From the NCBI GenBank assembly GCA_002293825.1, contig DBDW01000009.1, positions 26,170 through 90,169 on the forward strand: 64,000 nucleotides of DNA, read 5' to 3'. The translations under genes were made by a program, and so were the position numbers. The notes below the pieces were generated by a model that saw nothing but the letters and a program-made list of their open reading frames with translations, had not been told where the DNA came from and did no database searches. Position 1 is the first letter of the stretch. Every line of letters begins with the position of its first letter. Positions 1 to 13,644 of this stretch are shown here, one piece after another. The DNA comes from Candidatus Magasanikbacteria bacterium UBA922 (lineage in GTDB: Bacteria > Patescibacteriota > Patescibacteriia > Magasanikbacterales > UBA922).

Positions 1-780
1 CGGCTGATCAAAAATTTCTTTAATCATAAAATGTGGATACCCTTGGGTCTGCGCCTCTGCCTCGCTCCACTCGATGGTCGTCACTTCTTTTTCTACATGC
101 GTATGAGTCTTTGAAAAAGTCTCAAATGAATCTCTAGAAATTACCGCTACTTCCCCATCATCGAGAAACACCATATCAGAAGTATAAGGCAATAATGGCG
201 TCGCATCACTCGCAACAAAATATTCTCCTTTTCCCACCCCAATTACCAACGGACTTCCCATACGTGCGGCGACAATCATATCAGGATGATCAGCATGAAC
301 CACAACAAGACCATACGTTCCTCGTACACGCATGAGTGCAGCCTCAACAGATGAAACAAGGTTTCCAGAATAGAGAGACCCAATCAGATGAGCCAATACT
401 TCAGTATCAGTTTCAGAAACAAACGTAAATCCTTTTTTCTCAAGCTCATCTTTAAGCTCTCTATAATTCTCAATAATTCCATTATGACAGATAGCCAATT
501 TTCCATCGAGAGAAACATGCGGATGCGCATTTTCTTCCGTCACTCCTCCATGCGTCGCCCATCTCGTATGCGCAATCCCAACAGTTCCACTTAAATCAAA
601 ATCTTTCACTTTTTCAGCAAGTGTATCAATCTTACCAACCGACCGCACTCTTTGTATTTTTTGATCATTGATAATTGCAATTCCAGCACTATCATACCCA
701 CGATATTCAAGACGACGTAATCCTTGAATAAGGACGGGTAGTGTATCCTTTTTTCCGATGTATCCAATTATTCCGCACAT
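1..780 (-). CDS. glmS: Glutamine--fructose-6-phosphate aminotransferase (N-terminal part; runs off the window)
   Basis: Minus strand from ATG 780 reads MCGIIGYIG...LRRLEYRGYDSAG...HTRWATHG...HNGIIEN, the Ntn glutaminase domain; not in the ORF track because it is truncated. Confidence 0.97.
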   Translation of the reverse strand, partial: MCGIIGYIGKKDTLPVLIQGLRRLEYRGYDSAGIAIINDQKIQRVRSVGKIDTLAEKVKDFDLSGTVGIAHTRWATHGGVTEENAHPHVSLDGKLAICHNGIIENYRELKDELEKKGFTFVSETDTEVLAHLIGSLYSGNLVSSVEAALMRVRGTYGLVVVHADHPDMIVAARMGSPLVIGVGKGEYFVASDATPLLPYTSDMVFLDDGEVAVISRDSFETFSKTHTHVEKEVTTIEWSEAEAQTQGYPHFMIKEIFDQP

Positions 781-815
781 ACAATTATTTTTTTACAGTT
801 TCATCTGTAAATTAA

Positions 816-1580
816 TTACACTGTTCGAGCAATTTCCAAATCATCTAGAGTATTAATTCCCATTGCCTCTTTTGGTTCAATAGAAACAGAAGAAAGGTGT
901 TCACCTTCTTCAATTGCCAGTCCAATCAGATCAGTCAAATAGTACTCACCCTGAACATTGGTATTTTTTAATTTTTTCAAACTTTCCCACAACCACGAAG
1001 CTTTGAAACAAAAAAATGATGGATTAAGCTCCAAAATCCCCAACTCAGATTCAGTAGCATCTTTTCGCTCAACAATGCGAAGGATATGTCCATTATCTGG
1101 ATCACGCACAATCCGACCAAAGTTATAAAACGGCTGATACACCCCTTTGAAATGAGGTACCATAAAAGTCATCAGAGTCACTGCATTATCCCGCTCCACA
1201 TGCCGAGAAATCAAACGTCCAAGAGAGTCTGCAGACACAAAAGGCATATCCCCATAGAGCACAATTACATGTGTGACTTTATCTTGAAGCAAAAATTCTG
1301 CCATAGACACCGCATGCCCTGTACCCAACTGTTCCGGCTGAACCACATATTCCGCACGAGATACGAGATAATCTTGTACCATGGTATGTTTGGGAGAAAC
1401 CACAATCACTGGCTTGTGCAACAAACCCAAATCTTCAACATGTTCGACCGCGTGCTCAATAAGAGGCTTACCATGAAGCTCGTGCATTACTTTGGGTATA
1501 TCACTTTTCATGCGTTTTCCTTCTCCCGCAGCAAGAATCACCACTCCCACCTTATCTAATGTTTGATTTGATATAGTCAT
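816..1580 (-). CDS. GlmU-like sugar-1-phosphate nucleotidyltransferase, N-terminal domain only
   Basis: VILAAGEGKRMKSDIPKVMH, QLGTGHAV, GEYYLTD motifs; stops before any left-handed beta-helix; start placed at MTISN. Confidence 0.88.
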   Translation of the reverse strand: MTISNQTLDKVGVVILAAGEGKRMKSDIPKVMHELHGKPLIEHAVEHVEDLGLLHKPVIVVSPKHTMVQDYLVSRAEYVVQPEQLGTGHAVSMAEFLLQDKVTHVIVLYGDMPFVSADSLGRLISRHVERDNAVTLMTFMVPHFKGVYQPFYNFGRIVRDPDNGHILRIVERKDATESELGILELNPSFFCFKASWLWESLKKLKNTNVQGEYYLTDLIGLAIEEGEHLSSVSIEPKEAMGINTLDDLEIARTV

Positions 1581-2196
1581 ATATTTCTGTAAGTGTTTTG
1601 AAATACGGCACATTACTTTGTTGATAATCTTTTTCATCAATTGATGCTGATTTCTTGAGTACGATATTCAATTGTGGAAACCTATTTTTGATAAGTAATG
1701 TTTCCTCCACCTTATCATTGATAAACCACATTCCATCCTGGAAGGAATTTTCACCAACATCAATTAATTTTTGCATAACATGCTCTTTACTATCCTGAAC
1801 CATGAACATTCGATCAAAATACTCTGAAATACCCGCGCCTTTTACTTTTAATTCTTGAAATCTCACTTCACCAAGACTGAGAAGCACAAGTGATTGTCCT
1901 ATATCCTTAATTTTCTCCAGAAATTCTACCGTATCAGGAAATAGAAACTCCTGCAATTGATCACCCGTAGTTTGTTCAAGTGAAGAGAGTACTTTCTCCA
2001 CAGAATATCCTCGCAAACCAAGTAATTCTGCATGCCACTCATTGGAATAGTTAAACGAATCATTTTTCTTTAAGGCTTCGACATAGGTCTCCTGATAATC
2101 TGATTCAGTAACTCCAATTTTTATCAATGATTCAAGCCGTACTTTTTTGAAATCATGCGTATTAAAAAGCGTATCATCAAAATCAATAATAAACAT
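1552..2196 (-). CDS. HAD-superfamily hydrolase
   Basis: N-terminal FIIDFDDTLFNT (DxD motif I) and FINDK motif IV-like. Confidence 0.8.
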   Translation of the reverse strand: MFIIDFDDTLFNTHDFKKVRLESLIKIGVTESDYQETYVEALKKNDSFNYSNEWHAELLGLRGYSVEKVLSSLEQTTGDQLQEFLFPDTVEFLEKIKDIGQSLVLLSLGEVRFQELKVKGAGISEYFDRMFMVQDSKEHVMQKLIDVGENSFQDGMWFINDKVEETLLIKNRFPQLNIVLKKSASIDEKDYQQSNVPYFKTLTEIYDYIKSNIR

Positions 2197-2200
2197 ATCG

Positions 2201-2935
2201 CTAAATTTTATCCCACAACGAATCAAATACTGCTTTTTCAGTACGAAAAATTCCTTCATTCTCTATTACTACACCAAGTGGCTGTTTTTTTCTATCAAGT
2301 GAAACAAATGCAGTTTTCCCTGGATAAATAATAATATACGTTGATAATTCTTCACTCGAAGAAAGTTTTTTCCGCTGATCGAGACCTCGCAATTCTCCAC
2401 CCTCACCAATAGCGATTGCTCGAACTGAAATTCCTTTGGCAATCCGTGCATCGCTGAAGGTAGGAAATTGTTCGTACAAAAATTCTTTGACACCTTCAGC
2501 AGAATAAATCCGATACATTTTTTCTTCACTATGCTCACAAGTAAAAAGCACATCTTCAAGAATACTATTCAATTCACCAGCAGGCACATAGCGTGCAACA
2601 GGCCGATCACCACCCGTATGGTGTAATGCAACAAGCTCCGGTATCATTTTCGCCAACTCTTTTTCTGATCGCTCAGCCTCTTGTTTTTGTTCTTGGACAA
2701 GGAATAGAAGCCTGTCTGGATGTTCAGCCACAAAAAACTGTTTAGTATCTTTATGATAAAAACTCACCAACCCCTTATCTTCAAGCCATTTAAGCGCATC
2801 ATATACGCTTCCTCGATTTAACCCTGACTCTTGAGCCAAAGATCGAACTGAACTAGGGCCAAGGGAAAGTAAAGACTGGTAAATTTGGGCTATCTTGTCA
2901 GACATTCCCAATTTTTTAAAAATTTCAATATTCAT
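2201..2935 (-). CDS. TrmB-family transcriptional regulator
   Basis: wHTH IYQSLLSLGPSSVRSLAQESGLNRGSVYDALKWLEDKGLV, C-terminal effector domain ending FDSLW. Confidence 0.88.
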   Translation of the reverse strand: MNIEIFKKLGMSDKIAQIYQSLLSLGPSSVRSLAQESGLNRGSVYDALKWLEDKGLVSFYHKDTKQFFVAEHPDRLLFLVQEQKQEAERSEKELAKMIPELVALHHTGGDRPVARYVPAGELNSILEDVLFTCEHSEEKMYRIYSAEGVKEFLYEQFPTFSDARIAKGISVRAIAIGEGGELRGLDQRKKLSSSEELSTYIIIYPGKTAFVSLDRKKQPLGVVIENEGIFRTEKAVFDSLWDKI

Positions 2936-2950
2936 ATATATAATAGATTT

Positions 2951-2993
2951 AGCATAATTTAAAGTATAAAACTTGTCAACTTTTTATCGACAA
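2951..2993 (-). promoter_or_regulatory. Sigma70 promoter (TTGACA-17-TATGCT) overlapped by imperfect palindrome TTGTCAAC-N5-ATCGACAA, a candidate TrmB operator
   Basis: Direct reading of 2951-2993; operator role is inference. Confidence 0.55.
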
Positions 2994-3020
2994 TTATGTT
3001 TATAAGATATGAAATAACAC

Positions 3021-3048
3021 AAAAAAACAGCGTATATACGCTGTTTTT
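3021..3048. terminator. Intrinsic terminator after fbaB
   Basis: AAAAAACAGCGTA-TA-TACGCTGTTTTT. Confidence 0.8.
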
Positions 3049-3063
3049 ATAGAAAACATTAAA

Positions 3064-4140
3064 TTATGCCACAGTCACTTCTTTACACAAATACACATCC
3101 TGCACTGCATTCAATATTGCAATTCCTTCTTTCAGAGGTTTCTCAAATGCTTTACGACCAAGAATCAGTCCCATTCCTCCAGCGCGCTTATTAATGACTG
3201 CCATTCTAACAGCTTCCTTCAAATCAGATGAACCATTACTCTCTCCACCTGAATTAATAAGCCCAATTCTTCCTGCATAGCTATTGAGCACCTGATAACG
3301 AGCAAGATCAATCGGATGATCACTCGTAAGTTCCGTATACATTCGTTCACTATATTTACCAAAACTGTGCTTACCTTTATTGAGCGCAAGATACCCACCA
3401 TTGAGCGTAGGCAATTTCTGCTTCACAATATCTGCACCAAGAGTAGCTCCAATATAATTCGCCTGCCCTGTAAAATCAGCCGCCTCCTGATAATCAATCT
3501 TACCTACTTTAAAACCAGGGTTTCTTACATAGCACCACAATACCGTAAACATTCCCTTTTCATGAGCATGTGCAAATGCCTCAGAAACTTCAGTAATCTG
3601 ACGCTTTGATTCTGGTGAGCCAAAATAAATAGTGGCGCCTACCCCACGTGCACCCATCTCATACGCCTTGTGCACATTCGAAAACATAATCTGATCATAT
3701 TCATTTGGATATCGAAACAAATCATTGTGATTAAGTTTTACAATAAATGGAATACGGCCAGCATACTTCTTGCTCAAGAGCGCAAGTGTGCCATAGGAAG
3801 ACGCCACAGCATTGCATCCGCCCTCGATTGCAAGTTTTATAATATTCTCAGGATCAAAATAGAGCGGATTCGTAGAAAATCGTGCACCAGCTGTGTGTTC
3901 AATCCCCTGATCCACAGGTAAAATCGAGAGATATCCTGTTTTCTTGAGTCTGCCTGTACTCCTCATACGAATCAAATTGTCAATCACTTTATGCGATCGA
4001 TCTGACGCTGAAAACGTATCATAAAAAAAATGTTTATGAGGAAGATGCAAAGAATCTTTTGAGATTTTAGGATTAGAAAAATTGAGCAAATACTCAGCTT
4101 CATCACCCAAAAGTTCAGTTATTTTTAAAAAATCAAGCAT
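3064..4140 (-). CDS. fbaB: Class I fructose-bisphosphate aldolase (DhnA type)
   Basis: [22 protein letters not shown] Schiff-base Lys, [16 protein letters not shown]. Confidence 0.95.
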   Translation of the reverse strand: MLDFLKITELLGDEAEYLLNFSNPKISKDSLHLPHKHFFYDTFSASDRSHKVIDNLIRMRSTGRLKKTGYLSILPVDQGIEHTAGARFSTNPLYFDPENIIKLAIEGGCNAVASSYGTLALLSKKYAGRIPFIVKLNHNDLFRYPNEYDQIMFSNVHKAYEMGARGVGATIYFGSPESKRQITEVSEAFAHAHEKGMFTVLWCYVRNPGFKVGKIDYQEAADFTGQANYIGATLGADIVKQKLPTLNGGYLALNKGKHSFGKYSERMYTELTSDHPIDLARYQVLNSYAGRIGLINSGGESNGSSDLKEAVRMAVINKRAGGMGLILGRKAFEKPLKEGIAILNAVQDVYLCKEVTVA

Positions 4141-4215
4141 AAAAAAATGATAGTACTCATATACTACCATTTTTTTATAATTCAAACAATGTAAACGTGA
4201 ACAAAAAAGAAGTTT

Positions 4216-4482
4216 TTATTCTTGCTCTTCTACTCGTGCCACCGCCTGAGCCCACATCTCATCAATTTCATATTCAAGTTCCAAATCCTCAGAATGATCT
4301 GCAAACCATTGCTCAAACGCTACTTTCAATTCAGCAACATCAGATGCATTTTCAAGCGCATCTTCGAGTAATGCATATTTTTCTTCATGAGAACGTGCAA
4401 GCCCATCTTCAATTTCTTCAAATGTTTCACGGACATGATCAAGAATAGCGTCTTTTACTGAATCGTAATGAAAATCTGACAT
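4216..4482 (-). CDS. Small acidic helical hypothetical protein
   Basis: Open 88-codon frame from MSDFHY with a promoter-like sequence upstream. Confidence 0.7.
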   Translation of the reverse strand: MSDFHYDSVKDAILDHVRETFEEIEDGLARSHEEKYALLEDALENASDVAELKVAFEQWFADHSEDLELEYEIDEMWAQAVARVEEQE

Positions 4483-4581
4483 ACAGATAAAATAGGTTAG
4501 TGTAAGCAAAGCGGGTTACAATATACCACACCACATGAACTTTGCAAGCCCCACACAAATGTGGATAATACGTACCCGTAC

Positions 4582-5496
4582 CTATTGTTGATGTTCTACA
4601 ATCGTGCGCACATTGTATTCAATCATTTCAATATACGAAGATCGAGCACCCGAACCTTCCGGATCCAAAACAGCAATAGAAAGTTCGTTATCTGTAGCAA
4701 ACGTTTCAAGCGCAGAAAGAGAAATCTGTGGCTCACTATAAAGCACCGTAACGCCATGTTCCTCAATTTCTTCTTTTAAATGAAGTATATACTGAGGAGT
4801 TGGCTCTTTCCCAGGAAATGGTTCAACTGTAGAAACAATTTCAAGACCAAAATGATCTGCAAAATATCCAAACGCATCATGAAATGTAATTAATTCTTTG
4901 TGAGAAATGGCGCCAAACATACGCTCCCACTCTACATTCTTACGCGCAAGTTCATCCTTGAAATCAGTTGCACGACGGACAAAATTATCTGCACGTTCAG
5001 GGACGAGCTGTGACAATTCATGTACAACTGTGTCAACCATAATAGAAGCATTCAATGGATTTAGCCAATAATGTGGATCAATGAGCCCATGACTGTGGAT
5101 TTCACCCTCTTCATGATGCATGTCTTCATGTTCATGAAGAGAATCCGACATACGAAGCGAGATCGCACGATCAAGCACGACACGTGACAAGCCAGGCACT
5201 GAAGCGCTAATCGAGGAAACCCATGAATCAAGGCCATGTCCAACCTCAAAAATTAATGAAGCTCCCTGCAAATCTTTGATTGTTGATGGGGTAGGCTCAA
5301 ACATGTGTGGACTCGATCCTGGCGGAAGCACAAGTACCGTCTCCACATCTTCTCCACCCACCACGCGAACTAAATCATAAATCGGAAATATGGTTGCAGC
5401 AACTTTTGGACCCTGAGATGATTCGGGAACAGAATTACATCCAGCACCCATAACTACCAACATGACAATGGATACAAAGATCGTACGAAAATACAT
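4582..5496 (-). CDS. znuA: Zinc ABC transporter substrate-binding lipoprotein
   Basis: Lipobox GAGC, SPHMFEPTP, His-rich loop, DPHYWL, FHDAFGYF. Confidence 0.92.
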   Translation of the reverse strand: MYFRTIFVSIVMLVVMGAGCNSVPESSQGPKVAATIFPIYDLVRVVGGEDVETVLVLPPGSSPHMFEPTPSTIKDLQGASLIFEVGHGLDSWVSSISASVPGLSRVVLDRAISLRMSDSLHEHEDMHHEEGEIHSHGLIDPHYWLNPLNASIMVDTVVHELSQLVPERADNFVRRATDFKDELARKNVEWERMFGAISHKELITFHDAFGYFADHFGLEIVSTVEPFPGKEPTPQYILHLKEEIEEHGVTVLYSEPQISLSALETFATDNELSIAVLDPEGSGARSSYIEMIEYNVRTIVEHQQ

Positions 5497-5606
5497 ATAT
5501 TCACATGATAAATTAATTGTATAAAATCATTGCAGCGTGACAAATGATTATGATATTTGAAGTGGAAAAACACACATCATTCCAACAACCGTACCGAACA
5601 ATAGTA

Positions 5607-5627
5607 TAATGCAAATCATTTTCAATT
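5607..5627. promoter_or_regulatory. Putative Zur box in the divergent znuA/zur promoter region
   Basis: TAATGCAAATCATTTTCAATT, an imperfect palindrome resembling TAATGAAAATNATTTTCATTA-type Zur sites. Confidence 0.7.
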
Positions 5628-5691
5628 GCAAGTAAATTGCTGTGGATAATCAGTTGCAATTTTATACATCGTAGGGTATACTAACATCACT

Positions 5692-6108
5692 ATGTCTCAT
5701 GCATCTGAAAATAAAAATTGGCTCCTCGAAGGTCTCACACACAGAGGATACAAAGCAACAACCCCTCGCAGAGTCTTAACCGAACACCTCTTAAAACACG
5801 AGGGTTTGTTTTGTGCTCTTACGATAGCAACGAAACTTCCAAAACTAGACAAAGTTTCAATTTATCGAACACTTGAAACCCTCAAAGAACTCAATCTCAT
5901 AAACCCTGTCATCAATATTGATGGACAACAATTTTACGAAAAAAGTGAAGAAGATCATCACCACCATATCATCTGTACAACCTGTAAAAAAACCAAATGT
6001 ATTGATTGTTTTCACGAAGAAAAACCTAAAATACCCGGATTCTCAAATATTCGCCACTCATTTATTTTGACTGGTTTGTGTACCATATGCAAAAAAAAAT
6101 CAGCATAA
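5692..6108 (+). CDS. zur: Fur-family regulator, probably Zur
   Basis: SIYRTLETL HTH, HHHHIICTTC and CTIC zinc sites; adjacent to znuABC. Confidence 0.88.
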   Translation: MSHASENKNWLLEGLTHRGYKATTPRRVLTEHLLKHEGLFCALTIATKLPKLDKVSIYRTLETLKELNLINPVINIDGQQFYEKSEEDHHHHIICTTCKKTKCIDCFHEEKPKIPGFSNIRHSFILTGLCTICKKKSA

Positions 6109-6821
6109 AACCATACATTGAAATCAAAGACGTGACCCATCGGTACGGTACGATCACCGTACTTGATCAAATTTCATGTACGATTGAAAAAGGATCACTA
6201 ACAGCGATTCTCGGTCCAAATGGATCTGGAAAAACCACGCTTGTCCGCGCAATCATGGGACTACTCACACCTGACAAAGGTACCATTACAATTAACGGAA
6301 AAAATCCAAAAGAAATGCGTACAAACATCGGATACGTTCCTCAACAACTGCAATTTGACCGAACACTCCCTATTACCGTCAAAGAATTTTTAGAAGTATA
6401 CACCTGTACAAATACACATCATCAACACAAAGATAGTACACACATTCTTGCTGAGGTAGGACTTACTGAACATATACACCAAAAAATTGGAACCCTCTCA
6501 GGTGGACAATTTCAACGCGCCCTGATTGCACGAGCACTACTTCATAAAAAAGATATTCTCATTCTAGACGAACCATCTGCCGCAATTGATGCCGAAGGAG
6601 AGGAAACACTCTATCAAATGATTGAAAAACTAAACCGCGAACACGGAATCACGTGTATCCTTATTTCTCACGATATTACCATGGTACATCGATTTGCGGA
6701 CTCTGTACTCTGTCTCAACAAAGAAAAAATATGCCAAGGCACCCCATCAGACACTATCACACCAGACGTGCTTAAAAAACTCTATGGTTCAGAAATGGGA
6801 ATGTACCATCACCATCACTAG
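6087..6821 (+). CDS. znuC: Zinc ABC transporter ATPase
   Basis: GPNGSGKT, GYVPQ, LSGGQFQR, LDEP; His-rich tail. Confidence 0.93.
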   Translation: MQKKISIKPYIEIKDVTHRYGTITVLDQISCTIEKGSLTAILGPNGSGKTTLVRAIMGLLTPDKGTITINGKNPKEMRTNIGYVPQQLQFDRTLPITVKEFLEVYTCTNTHHQHKDSTHILAEVGLTEHIHQKIGTLSGGQFQRALIARALLHKKDILILDEPSAAIDAEGEETLYQMIEKLNREHGITCILISHDITMVHRFADSVLCLNKEKICQGTPSDTITPDVLKKLYGSEMGMYHHHH

Positions 6822-6824
6822 CCT

Positions 6825-7646
6825 ATGCTGGAATTATTTTCCTATCCATTCATGCAACGAGCACTCCTGTCAGGAATCCTAATCTCGCTTATTTTAGGAT
6901 GGTTAGGCACTTTTATTGTCTCGCGTAAAATGAGTTTTATTGGTGACGGAATTGCACACGCATCTCTCGGTGGTATTGCACTCGCCGTGCTCGTAGGTAT
7001 CGCACCCCTGCCAACCGCGCTCATATTCGGAATACTGCTCGCATGTATCTTATTTACCATCGAACAAAAAACTAATATTGGAACAGATTCGGCAATTGGT
7101 ATTATTTTTACTAGCTCACTCGCTCTAGGTATCATGTTGATAAGTTTACATCAGGGATATCAACCAGAATTGATAAGCTATCTCTTTGGCAATATACTTG
7201 CAATCAGTACACACGATCTCGTGATTACCTTAGTTATAAGCACAATCGCACTTATTGCACTCAGTATATGGAATAACAAACTTATCTTTATCACCTTTGA
7301 TAAAGATGGGGCATATTTATCAGGAATTTCGCCCGCTCGATACGATCTCGCTCTCTATATACTTACCGCACTCTCGATTATCTTGAGTGTAAAACTCGTA
7401 GGTGTCATCCTCGTCTCAGCCCTCCTAATCACTCCAAGTGCTACAGCAAAACTAATCGCACCTTCATTTGCTGCATTCCAAAAAATTGCAATTACACTTG
7501 CATGTATGACTACATGTATTGGTCTACTCATGTCCTACTATCTCGACCTCCCTTCAGGGGCAGCAATCATTTTGACAGGATCTTTCATATTCACACTCAC
7601 GCTCCTCGGTAAAAAAATGAAAATGATATATGACAAACAATCTTGA
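6825..7646 (+). CDS. znuB: Zinc ABC transporter permease
   Basis: MSFIGDGIAHASLGG, YLFGNIL, DLPSGAAII. Confidence 0.93.
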   Translation: MLELFSYPFMQRALLSGILISLILGWLGTFIVSRKMSFIGDGIAHASLGGIALAVLVGIAPLPTALIFGILLACILFTIEQKTNIGTDSAIGIIFTSSLALGIMLISLHQGYQPELISYLFGNILAISTHDLVITLVISTIALIALSIWNNKLIFITFDKDGAYLSGISPARYDLALYILTALSIILSVKLVGVILVSALLITPSATAKLIAPSFAAFQKIAITLACMTTCIGLLMSYYLDLPSGAAIILTGSFIFTLTLLGKKMKMIYDKQS

Positions 7647-8415
7647 TCCGATAGTAGTACAATTTGGACCCCTACTAATTCGATGGTACGGACTCATGCT
7701 CGGAATTGGAGTTCTCGCATGCCTCTTGGTGTATTACATATGTAACAAAAAAAATACAGAAAAACTCACCATCATATACGATCTTACAATCTGGCTCATC
7801 ATCGGGGGTCTCCTCGGTGCACGAGTGGGACACATATTCTTTTACAATTTTCCGTATTTTGTAGCAAACCCCAAAGAAATCATATTTATCAATCATGGTG
7901 GACTTTCAAGCCACGGGCTCACAATTGGACTACTCGTTACTGCATGGATGTACCACAAGATAAAAAAGATTGATCTTCGAGAATATCTCGACCTAATGAT
8001 CCTGCCGATTCCTTTACTTGCAGGGTGTATTAGAATTGGCAACTATTTTAATTCAGAAATTATTGGAAAAATTACCAATGTACCTTGGGGAGTGTATTTT
8101 GCTCGAGTTGATTCTGAAATCGTATTTCGCCACCCACAGCAACTCTACGAAGCACTTACCTGTTTCATCATCTTCGGAATCATGTTGTATACCTATAAAA
8201 AAATTCAGCCAAAAAAATCTCAACTTTTCACCTTTTTCTTTTTCCTTTTGATGTATTTTACCACTCGATTTTTACTTGAATTTACCAAAGAACCACACAA
8301 TCTCAAAAACTTCTTTTTGACCACTGGACAGATACTTAGTATTCCTTTTATGATATGGAGTGGGTGGTGGATTTTTACCAATCACAACAAAAATAATACG
8401 TTATCTAAAATTTAA
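7630..8415 (+). CDS. lgt: Prolipoprotein diacylglyceryl transferase
   Basis: IRWYG, GARVGH, GGLSSHG, RIGNYFNSE, RHPQQLYE, RFLLEF. Confidence 0.95.
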   Translation: MTNNLDPIVVQFGPLLIRWYGLMLGIGVLACLLVYYICNKKNTEKLTIIYDLTIWLIIGGLLGARVGHIFFYNFPYFVANPKEIIFINHGGLSSHGLTIGLLVTAWMYHKIKKIDLREYLDLMILPIPLLAGCIRIGNYFNSEIIGKITNVPWGVYFARVDSEIVFRHPQQLYEALTCFIIFGIMLYTYKKIQPKKSQLFTFFFFLLMYFTTRFLLEFTKEPHNLKNFFLTTGQILSIPFMIWSGWWIFTNHNKNNTLSKI

Positions 8416-8427
8416 TATACGCAAACT

Positions 8428-8832
8428 ATGTCATCATTTATTATTGCCTACATCACAACCTTGATTCCTATGTTAGTCATTGATGCAGTGTGGCTTACCA
8501 CAATGGCACCCCGACTATATCGAGCATACATAGGACATCTACTAGCAGATACACCAAAATTCGGACCCGCAGCACTATTCTACGCACTATACGCACTTGG
8601 AATAACACTATTTGTAGTACTCCCAGGAATACAGGAAAAACAAAGTCTGGTAAAAATATGTATGCATGGAGGTCTCTTCGGCCTTATCGCATACGCTACC
8701 TACGATCTCACCAATCATGCGACACTGAAAAATTGGCCAGCTACAATTACCATCATAGATCTTATATGGGGTACCCTACTTACCGCAACCGTAAGTCTCA
8801 TCGCCGTAAGTATTATAAAACTCTGGCAATAA
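8428..8832 (+). CDS. DUF2177-like membrane protein
   Basis: IDAVWL, AYATYDLTNHATLKNW, IDLIWG. Confidence 0.85.
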   Translation: MSSFIIAYITTLIPMLVIDAVWLTTMAPRLYRAYIGHLLADTPKFGPAALFYALYALGITLFVVLPGIQEKQSLVKICMHGGLFGLIAYATYDLTNHATLKNWPATITIIDLIWGTLLTATVSLIAVSIIKLWQ

Positions 8833-8839
8833 CACAATT

Positions 8840-9622
8840 ATGAACATACTTATTTCTACATATACTTTCGTCATACCTGTATTACTCATCTACTTCTCGA
8901 GCTGGTTCATCATCTCTCTGATAAAAAAGAGAAATGATGTTGCAGATATTGCATGGGGTCTGGGTTTTTGTGTGGTAGCATGGGCTACATATCAAAAAAA
9001 TCAAGAGATTTTAAGTACTTCAACGATTGTAACCGCACTGGTAACTATCTGGGCACTCAGACTTTCAACACATATTTATCTTAGAAATCGAACAAAAACC
9101 GAAGATTACCGCTATCGTGCGTGGCGTGAAGCATGGGGTAAATGGTTTTATATCAGAAGTTTTTTGCAAGTATTTATACTCCAAGGTTTTTTTCTCCTAA
9201 TCATCTCAACTCCTGTACTTATCGCCAACACACAAAATACTCAAAACGAAAGTATACTACTAAAAATAATTGGTGTGGGTATATGGATAATCGGATTCTT
9301 TTTTGAATCAATTGGAGATAGACAGCTCTCTGTATTTATAAAAAATAAAAGCAACCAAGGAAAAATTCTAACAACCGGACTCTGGAAATACAGTCGACAC
9401 CCAAATTACTTCGGTGAAATCACACAATGGTGGGGATTGTGGATACTTACACTATCACAATCATATGGATTGATCGGTGTGATAGGACCACTGACAATCA
9501 CATTCTTGATCTTAAAAGTTTCAGGAATACCTCTATTGGAAAAAAAGATGGAAGCCAACCCTGCTTTCCAAGCATACAAAGAAAAAACAAGTATATTAAT
9601 TCCTCTTCCTCCAAAAAAGTGA
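8840..9622 (+). CDS. DUF1295 / steroid 5-alpha-reductase-like membrane protein
   Basis: DIAWG, EDYRY, GLWKYSRHPNYFGE, SGIPLLE. Confidence 0.9.
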   Translation: MNILISTYTFVIPVLLIYFSSWFIISLIKKRNDVADIAWGLGFCVVAWATYQKNQEILSTSTIVTALVTIWALRLSTHIYLRNRTKTEDYRYRAWREAWGKWFYIRSFLQVFILQGFFLLIISTPVLIANTQNTQNESILLKIIGVGIWIIGFFFESIGDRQLSVFIKNKSNQGKILTTGLWKYSRHPNYFGEITQWWGLWILTLSQSYGLIGVIGPLTITFLILKVSGIPLLEKKMEANPAFQAYKEKTSILIPLPPKK

Positions 9623-9658
9623 TACGTAGACCAATGTAATTAAGTGTGATCAAGATTA

Positions 9659-9687
9659 AAAAAACCACCTGATGATAGGTGGTTTTT
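9659..9687. terminator. Bidirectional intrinsic terminator (znu-lgt operon and rRNA unit)
   Basis: AAAAAACCACCT-GATGAT-AGGTGGTTTTT. Confidence 0.85.
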
Positions 9688-9712
9688 AGCAATAAAAAAA
9701 CTGAGTACAGAA

Positions 9713-9820
9713 TCTAGGCGCCGACCTACTCTCGCCTTGCGACTACCATTGGCGCTGAAGGGCTTAACTGCCGTGTTCGGGATGGGAACGGGTGGACCCC
9801 CTTCGCAAAAAGCACCTAGA
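9713..9820 (-). rRNA. rrf: 5S rRNA
   Basis: Reverse complement has CCCGUUCCCAUCCCGAACACGGCAGUUAAGC and AGAGUAGGUCGGCGCC; flanked by an extended inverted repeat 9699-9834. Confidence 0.97.
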
Positions 9821-9894
9821 TTCTATACTCAGTTGAATTGAAAAAGTAACAAGCTGTGTAGTTAACAGTCTTCGAAACACAACTCTGTGTTTCT

Positions 9895-13224
<3,330 letters not shown>

Positions 13225-13250
13225 AGAAACACGCAATTGTGTTTCTTGTA

Positions 13251-13263
13251 TATTCAAAGATGC
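13251..13263 (-). promoter_or_regulatory. boxA-like antitermination element upstream of 23S
   Basis: GCAUCUUUGAAUA, preceded by a boxB-like hairpin (13278-13312). Confidence 0.6.
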
Positions 13264-13435
13264 TAACTTACAATTAGATTGCGTTTTCAACCGTAGCTGA
13301 AAAAACGCAATTTGCTTTATTACTTTCATTGGTTTAGTTGTAACGATCACTTATCGCGGAACCTTTCGGCACGCAGTCTTCACAATATACGTATTGTAGA
13401 GGCTGCGGTACAAAAGTTGAAATTGATTTTGAGAT

Positions 13436-13638
13436 AAAAAAAGAACCGCTACAGCGGCTCCAAACATTATCATGTTTGAGTTATCCGCTTGGATACTTAG
13501 AGTAACAACGAGTTGTATCTTGTGTACATCATGTTTTAAATAATGTAGAAGTACGATTGTGTATGTTACCCAGAGGTCCAAGTGATAGATGCGTGTGTTT
13601 TTGGACATGGTTCCGAAATACTTCGGTACTGATCACGC
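13436..13638 (-). ncRNA. Candidate ~200-nt structured ncRNA (6S-like rod) or structured rRNA leader
   Basis: Starts below a consensus promoter and ends in hairpin GAGCCGC-UGUA-GCGGUUC plus U7; nested stems whose G-U pairs all fall on the minus strand. Confidence 0.55.
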
Positions 13639-13644
13639 TTGCAC

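Noticed and set aside
13351-13608. 85-aa minus-strand ORF upstream of 23S
   Set aside because: No recognisable motif and it crosses a terminator hairpin; better explained as structured RNA
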